Positions 30,202-44,211 of a stretch of 64,000 bases of DNA are shown in pieces; positions within the stretch are counted from its first letter, which is position 1; each line of letters opens with the position of its first letter. The stretch is from the human T2T-CHM13v2.0 reference genome, Homo sapiens. Made by a program: the position numbers and the translations under genes. Below the pieces are notes generated by a model that saw nothing but the letters and a program-made list of their open reading frames with translations, made no database searches and was not told the DNA's origin. The stretch lies in NCBI RefSeq assembly GCF_009914755.1, contig NC_060934.1, one strand, 5' to 3'.

Positions 30202-30353
30202 CACCTGCCCTTTTAAGATTTAGTTTTATATCACTCTAAGTGGCTAAATTGCACTTGGAATTTCTCCAAAATTTGGGGAACTGATAAAAAGAGTTCCTGA
30301 TGATTTCCTGGGAGATTGTTTTGTGTATTAACCGTTATAAAAAGTACTTGCTA

Positions 30354-30663
30354 GGCCGAGCACAGTGGCTCACGCCTGTAATCCTAGCACTTTGGGAGGC
30401 TGAGTCGGGCAGATCATGAGGTTAGGAGATTGAGGCCATCCTGGCTAACACGGTGAAATCCCGTCTCTACCAAAAGGCCACCGGGCATGGTAGCATGCAC
30501 CTGTAGTCCCAGCTACTCAGGAGGCTGAGGCAGGAGAATCGCTTGCACACGAGAAGCGGAAGTTGCAGTGAGCTGAGATTGGAGATTGCGCCACTGCACT
30601 CCAACATGGGTGACAGAGCAAGACTCCGTCTCAATAAAAAAAAAAAAAAAAAGAAAGAAAAGG
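30354..30663 (+). mobile_element. Alu (Sc8/Y-like) with eroded central linker and 7-bp duplication GAGATTG
   Basis: GGCCGAGCACAGTGGCTCACGCC. TSD AAAAAGTA(C/T)TTGCTA at 30339-30353 and 30664-30678. Confidence 0.95.
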
Positions 30664-31344
30664 AAAAAGTATTTGCTAGACTCACAGAATCTAGAAAGTT
30701 GTACAGCATTAGTATTATTTTTTAACTAAAGCTTATCGGTTTACTGCTACCATAAATATTTTTTACTTTAAAAGTTACATAAAATTGGACTTCACTACAC
30801 TTACTCTCATTTAAAGTGTATCTCCATTGTGATTTGGACGCAGAGCCTCTCCCCCCACTAAAAATGTTAAAAAAAAAAAAAATAAACAAAACCCCTAGAG
30901 TTAGTGACATTTCTTTTTGGAATACTTTCTTCATTTGTCAAATTCTTGTTTACTTTTAAGCTCTTTCCCTGTGTAAAATTGGATTGCAAAACGTGAATAT
31001 AATAGAAAAATTTAACTTTAGCTTCTTACAAAAATGACTTTAAATATTGGGTAAACGGGTTTTGGTGTGTGTATATGTGTGTATACTATAGGTGCACTCA
31101 AGAAGCATTTATTTGGAAAATATTTTGGTGCTTTTATGTTAAAAAGCATTAGATGTAGATGTTCTTCCTCATTTTATCAAATAGTTTTCAATTGTAAGGA
31201 GAATGGGGACTAATGGTAAGTTTTGATAAGTATTAAATACTGGTTCTATATCAGGACTTGTCCTGGGTACTTTAGGTTCATATTTATTTTCATTTTTTTA
31301 ACAAGCATGTATGAAATATTTTACTGTTTGAGCTTTAGAGATTA

Positions 31345-32260
31345 AGTTAAGAAATGAGTAGTCAATAAGCATATAAAAATGCTCAGCTTCATTAGAAATA
31401 AGGTAAATTCAAATTACAATGACAATGAAGTAACATTTTATCCATCAGATTTAAAGAAATTAAAACATCCAACTGTTGTCTAGAATGTGGAGCAGTAGGG
31501 ACTGCTGGTAAAAATATAAATTGGCATTAACATTCTGGAAAACATTTTGGTATTATCTAGAAAAGTAAAAAATTGTGGATGCCTGCAGGGATAATTTTTT
31601 ATGAGTGCTTCACTGTGATTAATCCAATATGAGTACCTGTCATGTTGTCCATCAGACCTGATTGGCAGGGATGGGATTTATATACTTTTGACCCAGCAAT
31701 AGTGCTCCTAAGAATGTACCCCTGTAGATGCTTTCATACATGTGCACCAGGAGACATAGACAAGAATGTTCATAGAAGCATTTGTTTTAAATAGCAAAAC
31801 AAAACAATACTGGAGAAAAAACCCAAATGATTATTACAGTCAAATGTTGAAGTAAATTGTCTTATTGTAGTTATACACAGAATGCTAAGCAATCGTGAAA
31901 ATTACTGAACTACAGTTAAATGTAACTAACGGGATAAATCTCAAACTCAAAATTGAGTGTAAAAAGAAATTTGTAGAAAAACGTATTTTGTATGATTATA
32001 TACATGTAAATTTCATAAACACGAACACTTAAACCATATCTTCCTTAGGATACACAGTTTAGGGGAAAACTCCACAGCAAGGGAATGGCTACACTAAAAA
32101 TTCAGAAGCTTGACTATTTCTGAGATTGGGAGGAGCGAAGGGGCTGGGACCTGCAGGAGACATCCAGGGTCTCCAATGGTATTGGTCACATTTTGTTTCT
32201 AAAGGTAGGTAAATCTAGAATTATGTTGGCATTATTATTTTTTCTTTCAATTACATTACA
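31345..32260 (+). mobile_element. Old L1ME-like 3' region
   Basis: CAATAAGCATATAAAAATGCTCAGCTTCATTAG...TTGACCCAGCAATAG...CAAGAATGTTCATAGAAGCATT; boundaries approximate. Confidence 0.75.
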
Positions 32261-35200
32261 TATGTTCTTTTGAATTAGTTGTTAAACTAATTTTACTGAG
32301 GTAAACCTCAGAATGGTAGAATAATCTATCCAAGTTTATGCATGGAAAAGGCCCTATCCAGGACTGTATAATCCAGAGGCCATGCTCCTTCATTTCATTT
32401 TTGGCTCTGCCCAAGGTGAAATTCTCCTAGTGTGGGACACAGGAAGAAACTGCCTCTTCTGATGATCATCTTGTTTTCTTTTATCAGTGAAGGCTATGAG
32501 CCACCATGGGTCTTTCTTCTTTAACTTCACTGCCAGAAAAATTCATTCTAATGTAAATATTCATTTACAGTAATTAACATATAATAAACATTTAGGATCT
32601 GTATTTTCCTTCTTGTAGTGATTTCTGATTTCTCACCTTAGGAACTGATTCATTGCAAGATTTTATTTTATATATAGTCTAACATTATAAATGATCTAAA
32701 AGATTTTCTTATGAATAGTGAATTAGATATTTTACATAAGAAAACAAACAATTTAGAACCATTACATTTCCTTTAAATATATGAATGATTACCTTAAAGG
32801 CAGAATCCATTAAGTCCCTTTTTTTTCTTTCAATCTTTCTAACCCTGAGTCCAGCATGGATCTAAAACCAGTAAGTTCTCAATTTGGGATAAAACAGATG
32901 TACAGAGTTTGTCCGGGGAAAATGTACATATACCAGCTGCAGTTTTACCTTTGGAGAATATGCCTTTGGTAAACACAAGAAAGCCTCCCCAAAATGAATC
33001 ACCTACTGAAAAATATGTTGAGCTATAAAAGGCCCTACATAAATACATGATTATCTTTCTGTATATGGAGAAGGAGGTGGGAGGCAAGGAGCAGATGATA
33101 GATTGCACTGAGTTATTTAGGGGCATCACTTGGCTCTATTTCACCACAGATCTTCAGAAATCAACTGAAATCAGTTTAATAAAGCAAGTTATATGTAATT
33201 GAGGATTCAGCTTTTTCCATACTTTTAAATGTTTTCCTCAAGATGAGGGTTGGTAACTCCAGTAATATGTCTGATCAGTAAACCTCAGTGTCATTAGGAA
33301 AGTAGGAATTAGTGGTTTACATATTGCACAGGCATTCTACAATCCATATACAAAGGAAAGAGCAGACAATGAAGAATAAGAATGGCATGGTTTGAATCTG
33401 AGCTATGCTGTTTCACAGATGATAGTTTCTTAATCCACCAAAATTAAGCTCTCTGATTCTTTGTTTGCATATGTCTGAGATGGCATTAAAAGCACATACC
33501 TTCTAGGACTATTATAAGGATTTTACAATTTGATGTGAATAGAAGCCTACCACTGTACCTGTCACAGAGTCATATTTGGGCAGTAAGTATTAATGCTGTT
33601 AGTCATAGTCTGAAATAAACACAAGCTAGTAAGTTAATGACTACAGTTTTTATACTTCAGCATTGATTAGTTGATTAATTGAAAGACCAAGTCCTTCATG
33701 CATTCATTTTTTATTGATTCATTAATTAATTTAACAGTTATTGGGTTCCTACTCTGTGGGAAGTAAACCTACTTTTTAGGAAATACAAACATCACAATGT
33801 CACATGCATTATCTGGAATAATATATGAGAAATTAAAGTACTACTCAGATGTCAGTGATGCATTATATAAGCACTCCCAGTGATGAAAATTGGTATATTA
33901 ATAACAGTGGGTGAAAAGCAATCAGAATATATTTGTATTCCTGAGTGGTAGCAAAGGTTGAACAAGGCAGGGCAGAGGATGGTGAAGCCAACATAAGCAT
34001 TCAATCTTATCTCCATGATAGATCACAAGTCAATCTACAGGTATTAGGTTTTTTTGTTTATTTTGTTCATTCATTCAGTCATCTCACTCTATTCACCAAC
34101 CCATCAACCCATCCATCAAATACTTATTAAACTCCTATTAGGTTCCAGGCACTAAGAATACAATGATAGGTTAATTTCTACAAGGAACTCACTACCTAGA
34201 TACAGAATGACCATGTGATAAATAATTCTAGGAAAACGAGTTAGTTTGCTTTAACAACATGTCGTGTAACTTGGTGTCTATGAACTCAGGGTTTGCAGTC
34301 CTGAAGACCAAGATTTGAATCATAGCTCCTCCACGTAGTAAATTCAAGCACATTAACTAACCTTTCTTAGCTACCTTTTATTTCACCATAAAATAAGAAC
34401 TATAAACAGTAAGGATTATTCACAGGACTGCTGTGCAGATAAGATAATCCATGAGAAGCTTGGGCCAATACTTGGAATGTCATAATTATGTTGGATTATA
34501 CAAAGTCCAGAGGAGTAAGTAACTTGACCTTGGTGTAGCGACATTAGAGACATTCTCCAGAATGGACCTTTAGAACTGTATCTTAAAAGTGAGTAGAATT
34601 TGTTTTCCAGGGAGCAAACCAGGAAGTTGTTTGCAGGAGATGAAAGAGTATTGGTAAAGGCATTGAGGAGTCTAGAGGCTTGAGTATAAAATTATATTGC
34701 CATTTTGGCTTTTATTTTTCAAAGTCATTTGTGGAAGAGTAAGGAAAGCAAGTATCTGAAAAGCATAGTTGAGAGGAAGAGAGAGGGCTTGCACTTAGAA
34801 ATAGGGACTTAACAGGGTTCTGGCTGAGTCTAAGTGATCTCTAGAAGAGCGTCACAGGGTTAAACACTAACTTACATAAATCAATGGTCATTATAATTAA
34901 AAGAGGAATAAACTTTTATTTCAAGCAATGAGTTCTCTGATTTGCTAAATGAAGTAAGAACATATTAGATATAACGACATTTTCGTTGGTTTAATTTTTT
35001 TAATTTTATGTACAAGCTTGTCAGTACATGCTTTTAAAATATCTGATTAAATATAAGGTTTCTGATATTTAGTAAACTGCAAAAATTTAATTAAAAAGTA
35101 AGCTCTTCTCTGTGAGATGAATTGCACAAAATATATTGTATACAGACAAGCAGAATGTATCATTTGATATTAGAACAGGGAACTTTTGATGGATCATAAA

Positions 35201-35959
35201 AATATATTTAAAGTGTGGTTAAGGGAGAAGAATGACATTACACACTTGTAAATTCCTTGAGAGCAAATGTCTAATTCTGAATATTTATCACCAAATCTCT
35301 ACCATAAGGCAATGAAGTCTATAAATACTCGCTGAGTGCTTAACTGTTCTGTTAAATTAAGATTTTAGAGAGTGGGAATATATTTTGATTTTTATAGTAT
35401 CTAGAATTATAATAGAAGTTTATGAAATTATACTTTACAATTACAAGGTTTCTTATTTCTGAAGATATTAACAGTGGTTCATGGTCACAGAACCCAATTT
35501 GAAGGAGAACAAATCCAGTTAACCCTTGTATAGTATCAGACTTGCTGCTGCTTTTGATTCCTTGCAGATTTGTTTATGTGTTTTCATTTAGCAAATACTT
35601 CAGTTTCTGCTATACAGCAGGCATCTATTAATTACTAAGAAAGGTAAGATGCAAATGAAGATGTGAGCTGAACTTGCACTAGGAAGGTGCAAAACAGGAA
35701 CACTAGAAAACTATGAGGTGGAAAGTAGTAAGTGCTGTGACAGGTCTAGATGAGGTACTGTGAAGTCCATTTATTCCTTAAGCAGAAATATTGACAACTC
35801 TTTTAGAATCCATTACCCTCATTTTTTGTTATCAGTGAAGAAAATAAGATCTCAATGAATTAATTTATACTGGTCAATCAGGCTTCCCCATCATAGGCAG
35901 TCAAATTGGTTAGCCCAACTCACAGTGAGAAACTTGTATGTGCCCAGATGTCTTTGTAA

Positions 35960-36150
35960 TTATTTAACATAAATTAACACAACTAAGTAGTACTTGCACT
36001 ACTTAGGTAGGTACTTAATCAATTCTTATTTTACAGGTAAGGACACTGAGGCACAGAAAAGTTGAGCAACGTGCACAAGGCCTCTTAGAGGGCAAAATGT
36101 GGAGTCATGATTTGAACCTAGTTGGACTAGTTCCAGAGTCAATATTCCTA
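35960..36150 (-). mobile_element. MIR SINE fragment
   Basis: ATTTTACAGGTAAGGACACTGAGGCACAGAAAAGTTGAGCAACGTGCACAAGG...GATTTGAACCTAG. Confidence 0.75.
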
Positions 36151-38915
36151 CTTTATGTCACATTAACTCTCCTGGAAAAAAGGCAGGTTTCCCACACTGG
36201 AACACAGACGATTTCTGGCCAATGTGGAAATGCCATCATAGATAAAAGTACAAGGTCCCATCAAAGCTTAGAGGAAGAAAACCTGATCCAGAACATGTGA
36301 GGTTGCAGGAGAGAAGTTCGGGTAACATCTAAGTTATCTTCAAGGACAAGTAGTAGTTGAGAAGAGAGCAACATAAAGAGCTTAGCATAGTGTCTGGCAC
36401 ATTAAAAGTAGTTATGAGAAGATGTTGGTCTGGACAGTTAGAGAAAAGCTGGGTCGTCGCAGATATTGTGTAACTTGCTGAGGATTATACATTCATCCTG
36501 AGAGCTGCATGACTCCAGCTAACACATTGAAGTAGTAGAGAGACAGGGTCAGATATTTATTTAAGATGGACTCTGCCAATTCAGTTGAAAATGGGTGGGA
36601 GGTGAGCAAACTAGAGGCAGAAATGTAGGAAAGAACATGGGCCCAGCAGTACATTTAGTGTATGTGTTCAAGTTCCTTGTAACCCCAACTTACCACATAA
36701 GGGATGCCAATTTATGGCAAAGACAATGTTAGAAATTTTAACATGTAAGGTCCCTATCCCTAGTAATATCTCTTTTAGCAGTTACCCTGAAACAGAAAAA
36801 AGAACGAAAAAAGGTTTTAGTAGTCTCATGGCTTTCCTGAGGACCATTAGCGTGATGAAATCTTTTACCTATAAATGTACAAATTTTTATTTTTAACTGA
36901 AGTGAATATTGTGCATATTCATGTGAAGACTGTGCATGTCACTAAAGGTCAAGCTGTTATTCTTTAAAGTCACATAGACATTCTGCTAGAAATGGATCAC
37001 CTCTTTCCACCCAAGTCTTCTATACAGGGTCACACAGCCAATATTTTAATGTTAGGATATAAATTCAAAGGTGCTATATGTGGATGTGATTTTCCCCACA
37101 TTAACCCATATGCTTAGGGCATAGTTTTCATCACAAGTTCTTATGGTAAAAAGACGATGAAATATGTGTATCTTTTGCTCCTCAGAGCAGTAGAAAAACT
37201 ATAGATCACAATTGCCAGGGTAACCTGACACAGCAATATATTATCCTTCTATTCCAGTGCCTGTTTGAGGTCGACAGACAAGATGCCTTTCAATTCTAGC
37301 TAATACAATAGATGCAGACATTTATCTTGTATATTGTACTACATGATCTAATAATCATGGTAAGTATATTAGTAGGGCTATGATTATATCTCAAGTGCCT
37401 TATAATGCCAAAAGAAATTGTCCATGTTCCCTGTATAAATTTTTACAGTAAAGTTCGACCCTATGAAATAGAAAAGGTAATAAAATGGTACAACTATTAT
37501 ACAGATAAAAATATTCAGTATGTTATACAGATTTTTAAATGTGAATTTTGGAGAGCATACATTATGTTCCTGAAGTCATTTTGATAAGCACAGGATACCA
37601 CACCCAAGGCTCTTTCTAATACATTAGGATTTAACTTTATATTTTTATAATTCATTTTTTTTAGTTTTTAAATTTTAAATAATTTTTAAAAATGGTCTCC
37701 CCATACCCAGTCCTACTGCTTAGAAGGAACCACTTTAACTCTATTAATAATTTCTCTTATTACTTCTTGTTGTCATTAATTCCACATCACCATGCAAAAT
37801 AAGTATACTGTTAATTCTTCAGTTCCAAATTTTAGACATTTTTATTAAATTGTGCTATGAAAGGTAAGGACTGGTTACACTTATACTACCCCTGTCTCCC
37901 AAGATTAACAAGATTGTCTTGTGGAACAAGGTGTTACAGGTCTCCTGATTAGATCACTTAGGCCTCCTTTGTAACTTTTTCTTTTTAATTCTTAATCAAG
38001 TTTTAAATTTCTTTGTTTTCTGTTTTCTTAATAATAAAATGAAACTAATACTATACTAAGTTGTATTTCCCAGAATCTAAAAACCTAAGATTCTAGGAGT
38101 GTCAAATTAAGTGTACTCTTCCCAAATCCAAGTCCTCTCACTTAGTTCAGATCCACAAAAGACCAGACATTGTCTGGGACTTAGAAGTATGTCCCTTTAT
38201 CTCTCTTGACTCTGGATTTCACACATGCAATTATGAAGGTACCTCCTAGGCAGAAAACAAATGAGGCAGAGAGGTGGTCCCTGTTCACCACCATCTTCTA
38301 TTTCTTTAGACTTCATACCCTCAGTTTTCTGATGGATGTGACACTCATTGTGTGGAATTCCCATGATGTCCAGCAGTGTTCCTCTGAGAAGATTAAAGTA
38401 AATAATGTCTGTGCAAGTGCTTTTTAAACTGGGAAGTTATTTACCATAAGCAAGTGATGATCAAGCGATTAATACCATTGTTACAGTCATTTCTTCGTCC
38501 AGAATTTTTCTGGGCCTGTCTTAAAATTTAAGGGCTCACACTCCAGGTAGGAAGCAATCTTCATACTTTCCTGAGGGCTAGGACATAGATTATAGTAGTA
38601 CACTGCAGTCAATTCTAGGTCAGCTTCTGATTTCCTACCTTGAGTTAAAATTATGTATTATACTTTTTCTGCTTCCTTTGAAGACTCAGTAGCGGAGCAT
38701 GTCTTTATCTTCTCATATCATTATGAGAAAAGGCAGAGGATTTGATACCATCTTCAGTAAGTCAATATTAGCTGTGGAGTATCATCCGATCTTCCCTTTA
38801 GAAACGAGGTAATTTAATGGGGGAAAATACATGAGGATTTGCCTGGTTTGCTTTTAAATGATTCAAAGTCTTGCTCTAAATAAGTCTCTCTACAGAAAGC
38901 TCTAGCTTAAAAATC

Positions 38916-38967
38916 TTACCACCATGGGCTGGATTTGCTGTTTACCACCATGGGCTGGATTTGCTGT
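38916..38967. repeat. Perfect 26-bp tandem duplication
   Basis: TTACCACCATGGGCTGGATTTGCTGT at 38916-38941 and 38942-38967. Confidence 0.95.
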
Positions 38968-39908
38968 TAGTTGCCTGCAAAATATCCACTTACAAATAAC
39001 AAATGCAATACCAGAGAATTTTAAAGAATGACTGGGGAATTGCTGCTGTTACTTCTCAGTTCTTATGATTCTCAAGTCTCTGGTTTGCTGTCTGTTATAT
39101 TCTCAGTAGCTCGGTCAATCTCTGCTGCTTGCAAATGGTCTCAGTTCTTGGCGAAGCCCTTGGGTGTCTGCGATGTTTTCGAGCACTGTCAGGTTCCTTC
39201 AATCAAGGCATATGTCACCCAAGTCCCCACAAGCATTAGACCATGGCCAAAACCTCAAAATTGGTGCAGCTTCCCTCCCACGCAAGAAATGTTATCAGTA
39301 CTAACTACCTTCTCAAGTATTCTACCAAAGAAGGCTGCCATACTTTGTTCCACAATTTCTGTGGAGAAATATAGACGTTTGCCTTGTAATTATGAAAATA
39401 TTAATTTATCCATACCATTTGTGATAAGCATGCTTGTCAGGCACTTGTATATGATTTACGTATGTTGTTTCTAGTCTTCATAATAATTACTATCCCCATT
39501 TACAGAGGAAGAAATTGAGATTCACAGAGGTAAAATTAATTGCTCAAGATGACAGATAAAGTCCTATAGCCAGCCTTTGAGAGTGGACTATCTGGTCTCC
39601 ACGCTATGGATTTTTTCCATTACATCACACAGATACTAGAAATCTCCTTTTTATTTCAGTTTGGTTAAGAAAAAACTGTTTAGCAGATAGAGGATATTTG
39701 GTGTCATTTGAGAGTAAATGATACCTTAGAGAGAATTTGGAAAAGTGTATCATTGAAATTAATCATTAATTCATGGCACACCATATGTATCAGGGATTAT
39801 ACTAGAAACTGAGGATGCAAAATTGAAACAGCCATGACCCTTGCCCTTAGGAGCTCATAGCTTGGTGGGCGATGGGTAAGGGGTGTCATGTGCTTTCACT
39901 AAACTATT

Positions 39909-40222
39909 TGTGTTAGTCAGGATAGGCTAACTGCTATTACAAATAACTCCTCAACCTCAACAACTTAATGAAATAAAAGTTTCTCACTCAAATCACAGTC
40001 TAACATGAGTGCTGGATAGGGAATAGAGGCTTTAGTCATTCAGAGGCCCAGACTTCTTTTATCTTATGAATCCACCCTACACAGATCCTCATGATTGTTC
40101 TCCAGTTACATATTGTCACATGAGCATTCTAACCATAAGGGAGGCTGGGAAATATTAGTCTAGCTATATGTCCAAGAAAAAAAGGATATGAATATTGGTG
40201 AGCAACAGTAATCTCTGTCACA
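39909..40222 (-). mobile_element. MLT1J/K-like MaLR LTR
   Basis: TGTGTTAGTCAGGATAGGCTAACTGCTATTACAAATAAC...GGTGAGCAACAGTAATCTCTGTCACA. Confidence 0.8.
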
Positions 40223-40387
40223 CCCTTCTATAGTCAATTACAGTGAGAAGTAAAAGATGGATATTAGTTGACCAATATGAGGAAAAAAAGGTAGTTAGCC
40301 CGAGGGGCTGTTCTTCATTCGTTTATTACACACACAATTCAAAGCATTTAATTTTTCAGTAATTTTGTAGACAGCTGGCCTAAAAAC

Positions 40388-41178
40388 AGGACACAAAATT
40401 TTTTTTTTTTTTACTTTCACTCATGTGTGTGTGTCTGTGTTTCCCGCACGCTGAGCAATTTTCCAGCAGATACTAACTGGATGTCCTCTAATTTAATTCG
40501 ATTCTGACACTGTCTACCTGAGCTAGTACCAGATCTCACAGGTTGAAGGCTCAGTCTCATAAGACTGAAACCCACTTCAGATGCCAATTGCAAATAGTTG
40601 GTTGTCACCTATACTTTGACCAACTGCTATAAATCGAGGGTTCCCATAATTCAATTAATTTGCTAGAGAGGCCCCAGAACTCAGGAAAACACTTATGTTT
40701 ACCCACTTGTTATAAAGAATGTTACCAAGGATGCAGATGAACTGCCAGATAGAAGAGATGCATAGAGTAAGGCATGTGGGAAGGGACAAGGAACTTTCAT
40801 ACCCTCTCTGGGCATGCCACAATCCAGGCACCTCTACAGGTTCAGAAATCCAGAAGCTCTGTCCTGGTATGTTTTTATGGAGGCTTCCTTACATAGACGA
40901 GATTACTTAAATTATGGGCCACTGGCGATCTAACTCAACCTTCAGGCCCTCTCTGCTCCTGGAAGGTGGGGGTTTGGGTTGAACAACCCAACTCTCTAAT
41001 CATGCCTTGGTATTTCTGGTTACCAGCCCCTGTCTTGAGGCTGTCTAGAGACTGCCAGCCAAAAGTCATCTCATTAGCATATAAAGGACACTCACCATTC
41101 AGGAGATTCCAAGGGTTTTAGGAGCTGTATGCCAGGAAATGGGGGATGAAAGTCAAATATATATTTCATAATAGTACA
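40388..41178 (-). mobile_element. MER21-like solo LTR inserted in an L2
   Basis: AATTCGATTCTGACACTGTCTACCTGGAG...CAAGGGTTTTAGGAGCTGTATGCCAGGAA...CAAATATATATTTCATAATAGTACA; left boundary approximate. Confidence 0.82.
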
Positions 41179-41179
41179 C

Positions 41180-41880
41180 TAGGATTAAATGACTGAACAA
41201 GACAAGATCTGGCTTTTATGGGGTTTATACTATGGCAGAAGGGGATAAGTCAAACAAATAAGAAAACATCAGTTAGAGATACGTGAGATGAAGGAAATAG
41301 AGTGATGTGATAATGTCTGAAATGCTACTTGAGACTGGTCAGTCAGGAAATAAAGTGTAAAGACAGAGGTGAAGGGCAGGTGAGGGCATGCAGTGGGTTC
41401 AGAGAAATCAGTTGTAACTGGAATATGGTACATGGAATGTAGAGAGGGGTGGTGGAAAACAGGACCGCATACATAGACCAGATCTTTAAGGATTGAAAAT
41501 GATAGGTTAAAAGTTTGCATTTTATTTTATTTTAAAATTTATCCACTATTCAACAAGAATTCATCACTGCAGGCAAAAACACAATTAGATCTTGAAAAGC
41601 ATTTACAGTTGAAACAAATGAATTGGAGGAGTTACGATTAGAAGGAGGAAGGCCAAGCTGGTAAGTAAGCATGCTGACTTGCTCAACTGAGGAAGGAGCA
41701 GTGTGGACTTAGGAAGGGAGATGAAATACAGAGATATTTCTGGAGTAAAATAGAAGAATTTGTCAACTAACAATCTCATTGATGAAGAAGGCTCAGAAGT
41801 CAAATGCCTCTTAGATTTCTAGTTTAAGCAACTCGTGTTCTTACTCACTGGATAGGTAGTATAAGGAATAAGAAGGGGGC
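41180..41880 (-). mobile_element. L2 fragments
   Basis: TGACTGAACAAGACAAGATC..., GAAATACAGAGATATTTCTGGAGTAAAATAGAAGAATTTGTCAAC; heavily diverged. Confidence 0.55.
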
Positions 41881-42538
41881 AGGTTCGGAGTGCATTGGAA
41901 AAGGTTGTATTTGGCTATTCCGATATTCTACTTTTATCATTTTCTTATCTATTTTACATAGAGGATGAGAATTCTTGAGAATATTACAGCTGCAAACCAG
42001 AACATATTTTTATTTAAATATTATTTCCAGTTGATTTCAATACTACTTCTTTCATTGTGCTGTGTCCTAGAGGAGAAGAGGGAACTGAAACAACCATAAT
42101 ACACTACTTACTGTGTGCTTGATACACTTGGCAAATGACCTCTCATTTTGTCCTCATTAGGAACTTCTAAAGTGGTGATATGTCATTATTTTAGAAATGG
42201 GGAAACAGAAGACCAGAGAAAATCTTGTTCTATGTACCAAAAGAAGAGATATGACTGAGACTTGAATATAGGTCAGGTAGAAGGAGAGGAAGCATTTGTG
42301 GTATCACATAGAAAGACATCAAGACAATTTGCCCAAGAGTAAAAAAAGCATCAGATCAAGAATCCCAAACTGATTTCTAGGCTCCCTGTGACTATCCTCT
42401 CCCCTTGTATGACCTTTTAAATACTCATTGGCAACAAACTAAAATGTTAGTGGTATCAGATCTCACAGGTATTTGGATTTTATTCCTCATTGTCATCACT
42501 GTAAAACAAATGCTGCAGAGGTTATTTTTGTTGCGTAT

Positions 42539-42705
42539 TTAATACTTATTATTTTTATTAATACTTAACACTTATTATAATACTTATTATTTAATACTTA
42601 ATACTTATTATTTTTGTTCCTTATTAAATACAAAAATTAAGGTACTATTAAGTCTTTATAAGTGTTTCAAGGTACTATTACTGTTGTTTCAAACTGTTTT
42701 CAAAC
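42539..42705. repeat. AT-rich compound micro-duplication cluster
   Basis: Repeated TAATACTTA(TTA) units, AAGGTACTATTA x2 and TGTTTCAA x2. Confidence 0.75.
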
Positions 42706-43239
42706 CAAAAACTTTTTTTTTTTAGCCTACATAGATGAAATGTGGTAGACTTGCAGAAAAGAAAAGTTTGACTTAGTGATCATTTCAGTAGCAAATCAAT
42801 TTTGCAAACCAATTTTGGCTAGCTTTAGAAAAATGAAGTTACATAATTACACAGGCAAGGAAAATCGTGTGGGTTACCAGAAAGAGCACTGGAATGAGAG
42901 TCAGTAACTTAGAGCTGTAGGACTGTCTAAGCTCCTATTTTGTTCTTACTCATTTGTTTATTCATCATCTTACTTCTTCAGTACCTTTCATATGCTAGGC
43001 ACTGTAGCAAGTTCTGCAATAATAAAAAGATAAAAGACACAGACAATCTACAAGGTTTTATAATCTAATATGGGCTATAAGGCCATCAATACACTGAAAT
43101 AATTAATCTATGTATCACTTCATTCCTTTTTTAATTGAACAAATATTTATTGAGCACCAACTATGGTTCAGACACTGTTCTAGGCACTGGGAATACAATG
43201 GTATCTAATAGAAAAAACGCATTGCCCACATTAAGCATA

Positions 43240-43537
<298 letters not shown>

Positions 43538-43556
43538 TAAATAAATAAATAGAGAA

Positions 43557-44211
43557 TCCTTGAAGAATCACCACACTATCTTCCACAACGGTTGAACTAA
43601 TTTACACTCCCACCAACAGTGTAAAAGTGTTCCTATTTCTCCATAGCCTCACCAGCATCTGTTGTTTCTGACATTTTGCTGGGTATATACCCAAAGGATT
43701 ATAAATCATTCTACTATGAAGACACATGCACACATGTTTATTGCAGCACTATTTACAATAGCGAAGACTTGGAACCAACCCAAATGCCCATCAATGATAG
43801 ACTGGATAAAGAAAATGTGGCATATATACATTATTGAATACTATGCAGCCATAAAAAAGAATGAGTTCATGTCCTTTGCAGGGACATGGATGAAGCTAGA
43901 AGCCATCATTCTCAGCAAACTAACACAGGAACAGAAAACCAAACACCACATGTTTTCACTCATAAGTGGGAGTTGAACAATGAGAACACATGGACACAGG
44001 GAGGGGAACATAACACACCAGGGCCTGTCAGGGGGTAGGGGACAAGGGGAGGGAGAGCATTAGGACAAATACCTAATGCATGCAGGGCTTAAAACCTAGA
44101 TGACGGGTTGATAGGTGCAGCAAACCACCATGGCACATGTATACCTATGTAACAAACCTGCACATTCTGCACATGTATCCCAGAACTTAAAGTAAAATAA
44201 AATTAAAAAAA
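43557..44211 (+). mobile_element. L1PA (about PA7/8-like) 3' end with 5' inversion (twin priming)
   Basis: 43557 to about 43675 is antisense L1. About 43676-44211 is the sense ORF2 end ([30 protein letters not shown]...HMFSLISGS*), 3' UTR and A tail. AGAATC is duplicated at 43553-43558 and 44212-44217. Confidence 0.92.

Noticed and set aside
39028-39474. 148-aa plus-strand ORF
   Set aside because: No recognisable domain, no clear splice context, and it runs into MIR sequence; consistent with chance.
40399-40412. Poly(T) at the end of the MER21-like LTR, suggesting an L1-mobilised LTR
   Set aside because: No TSD or adjacent poly(A) signal, and this LTR end is naturally T-rich on this strand; likely slippage.
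42457-42470. 14-bp exact match CAGATCTCACAGGT to about 40530-40543
   Set aside because: Too short; one such match in 64 kb is plausible by chance.
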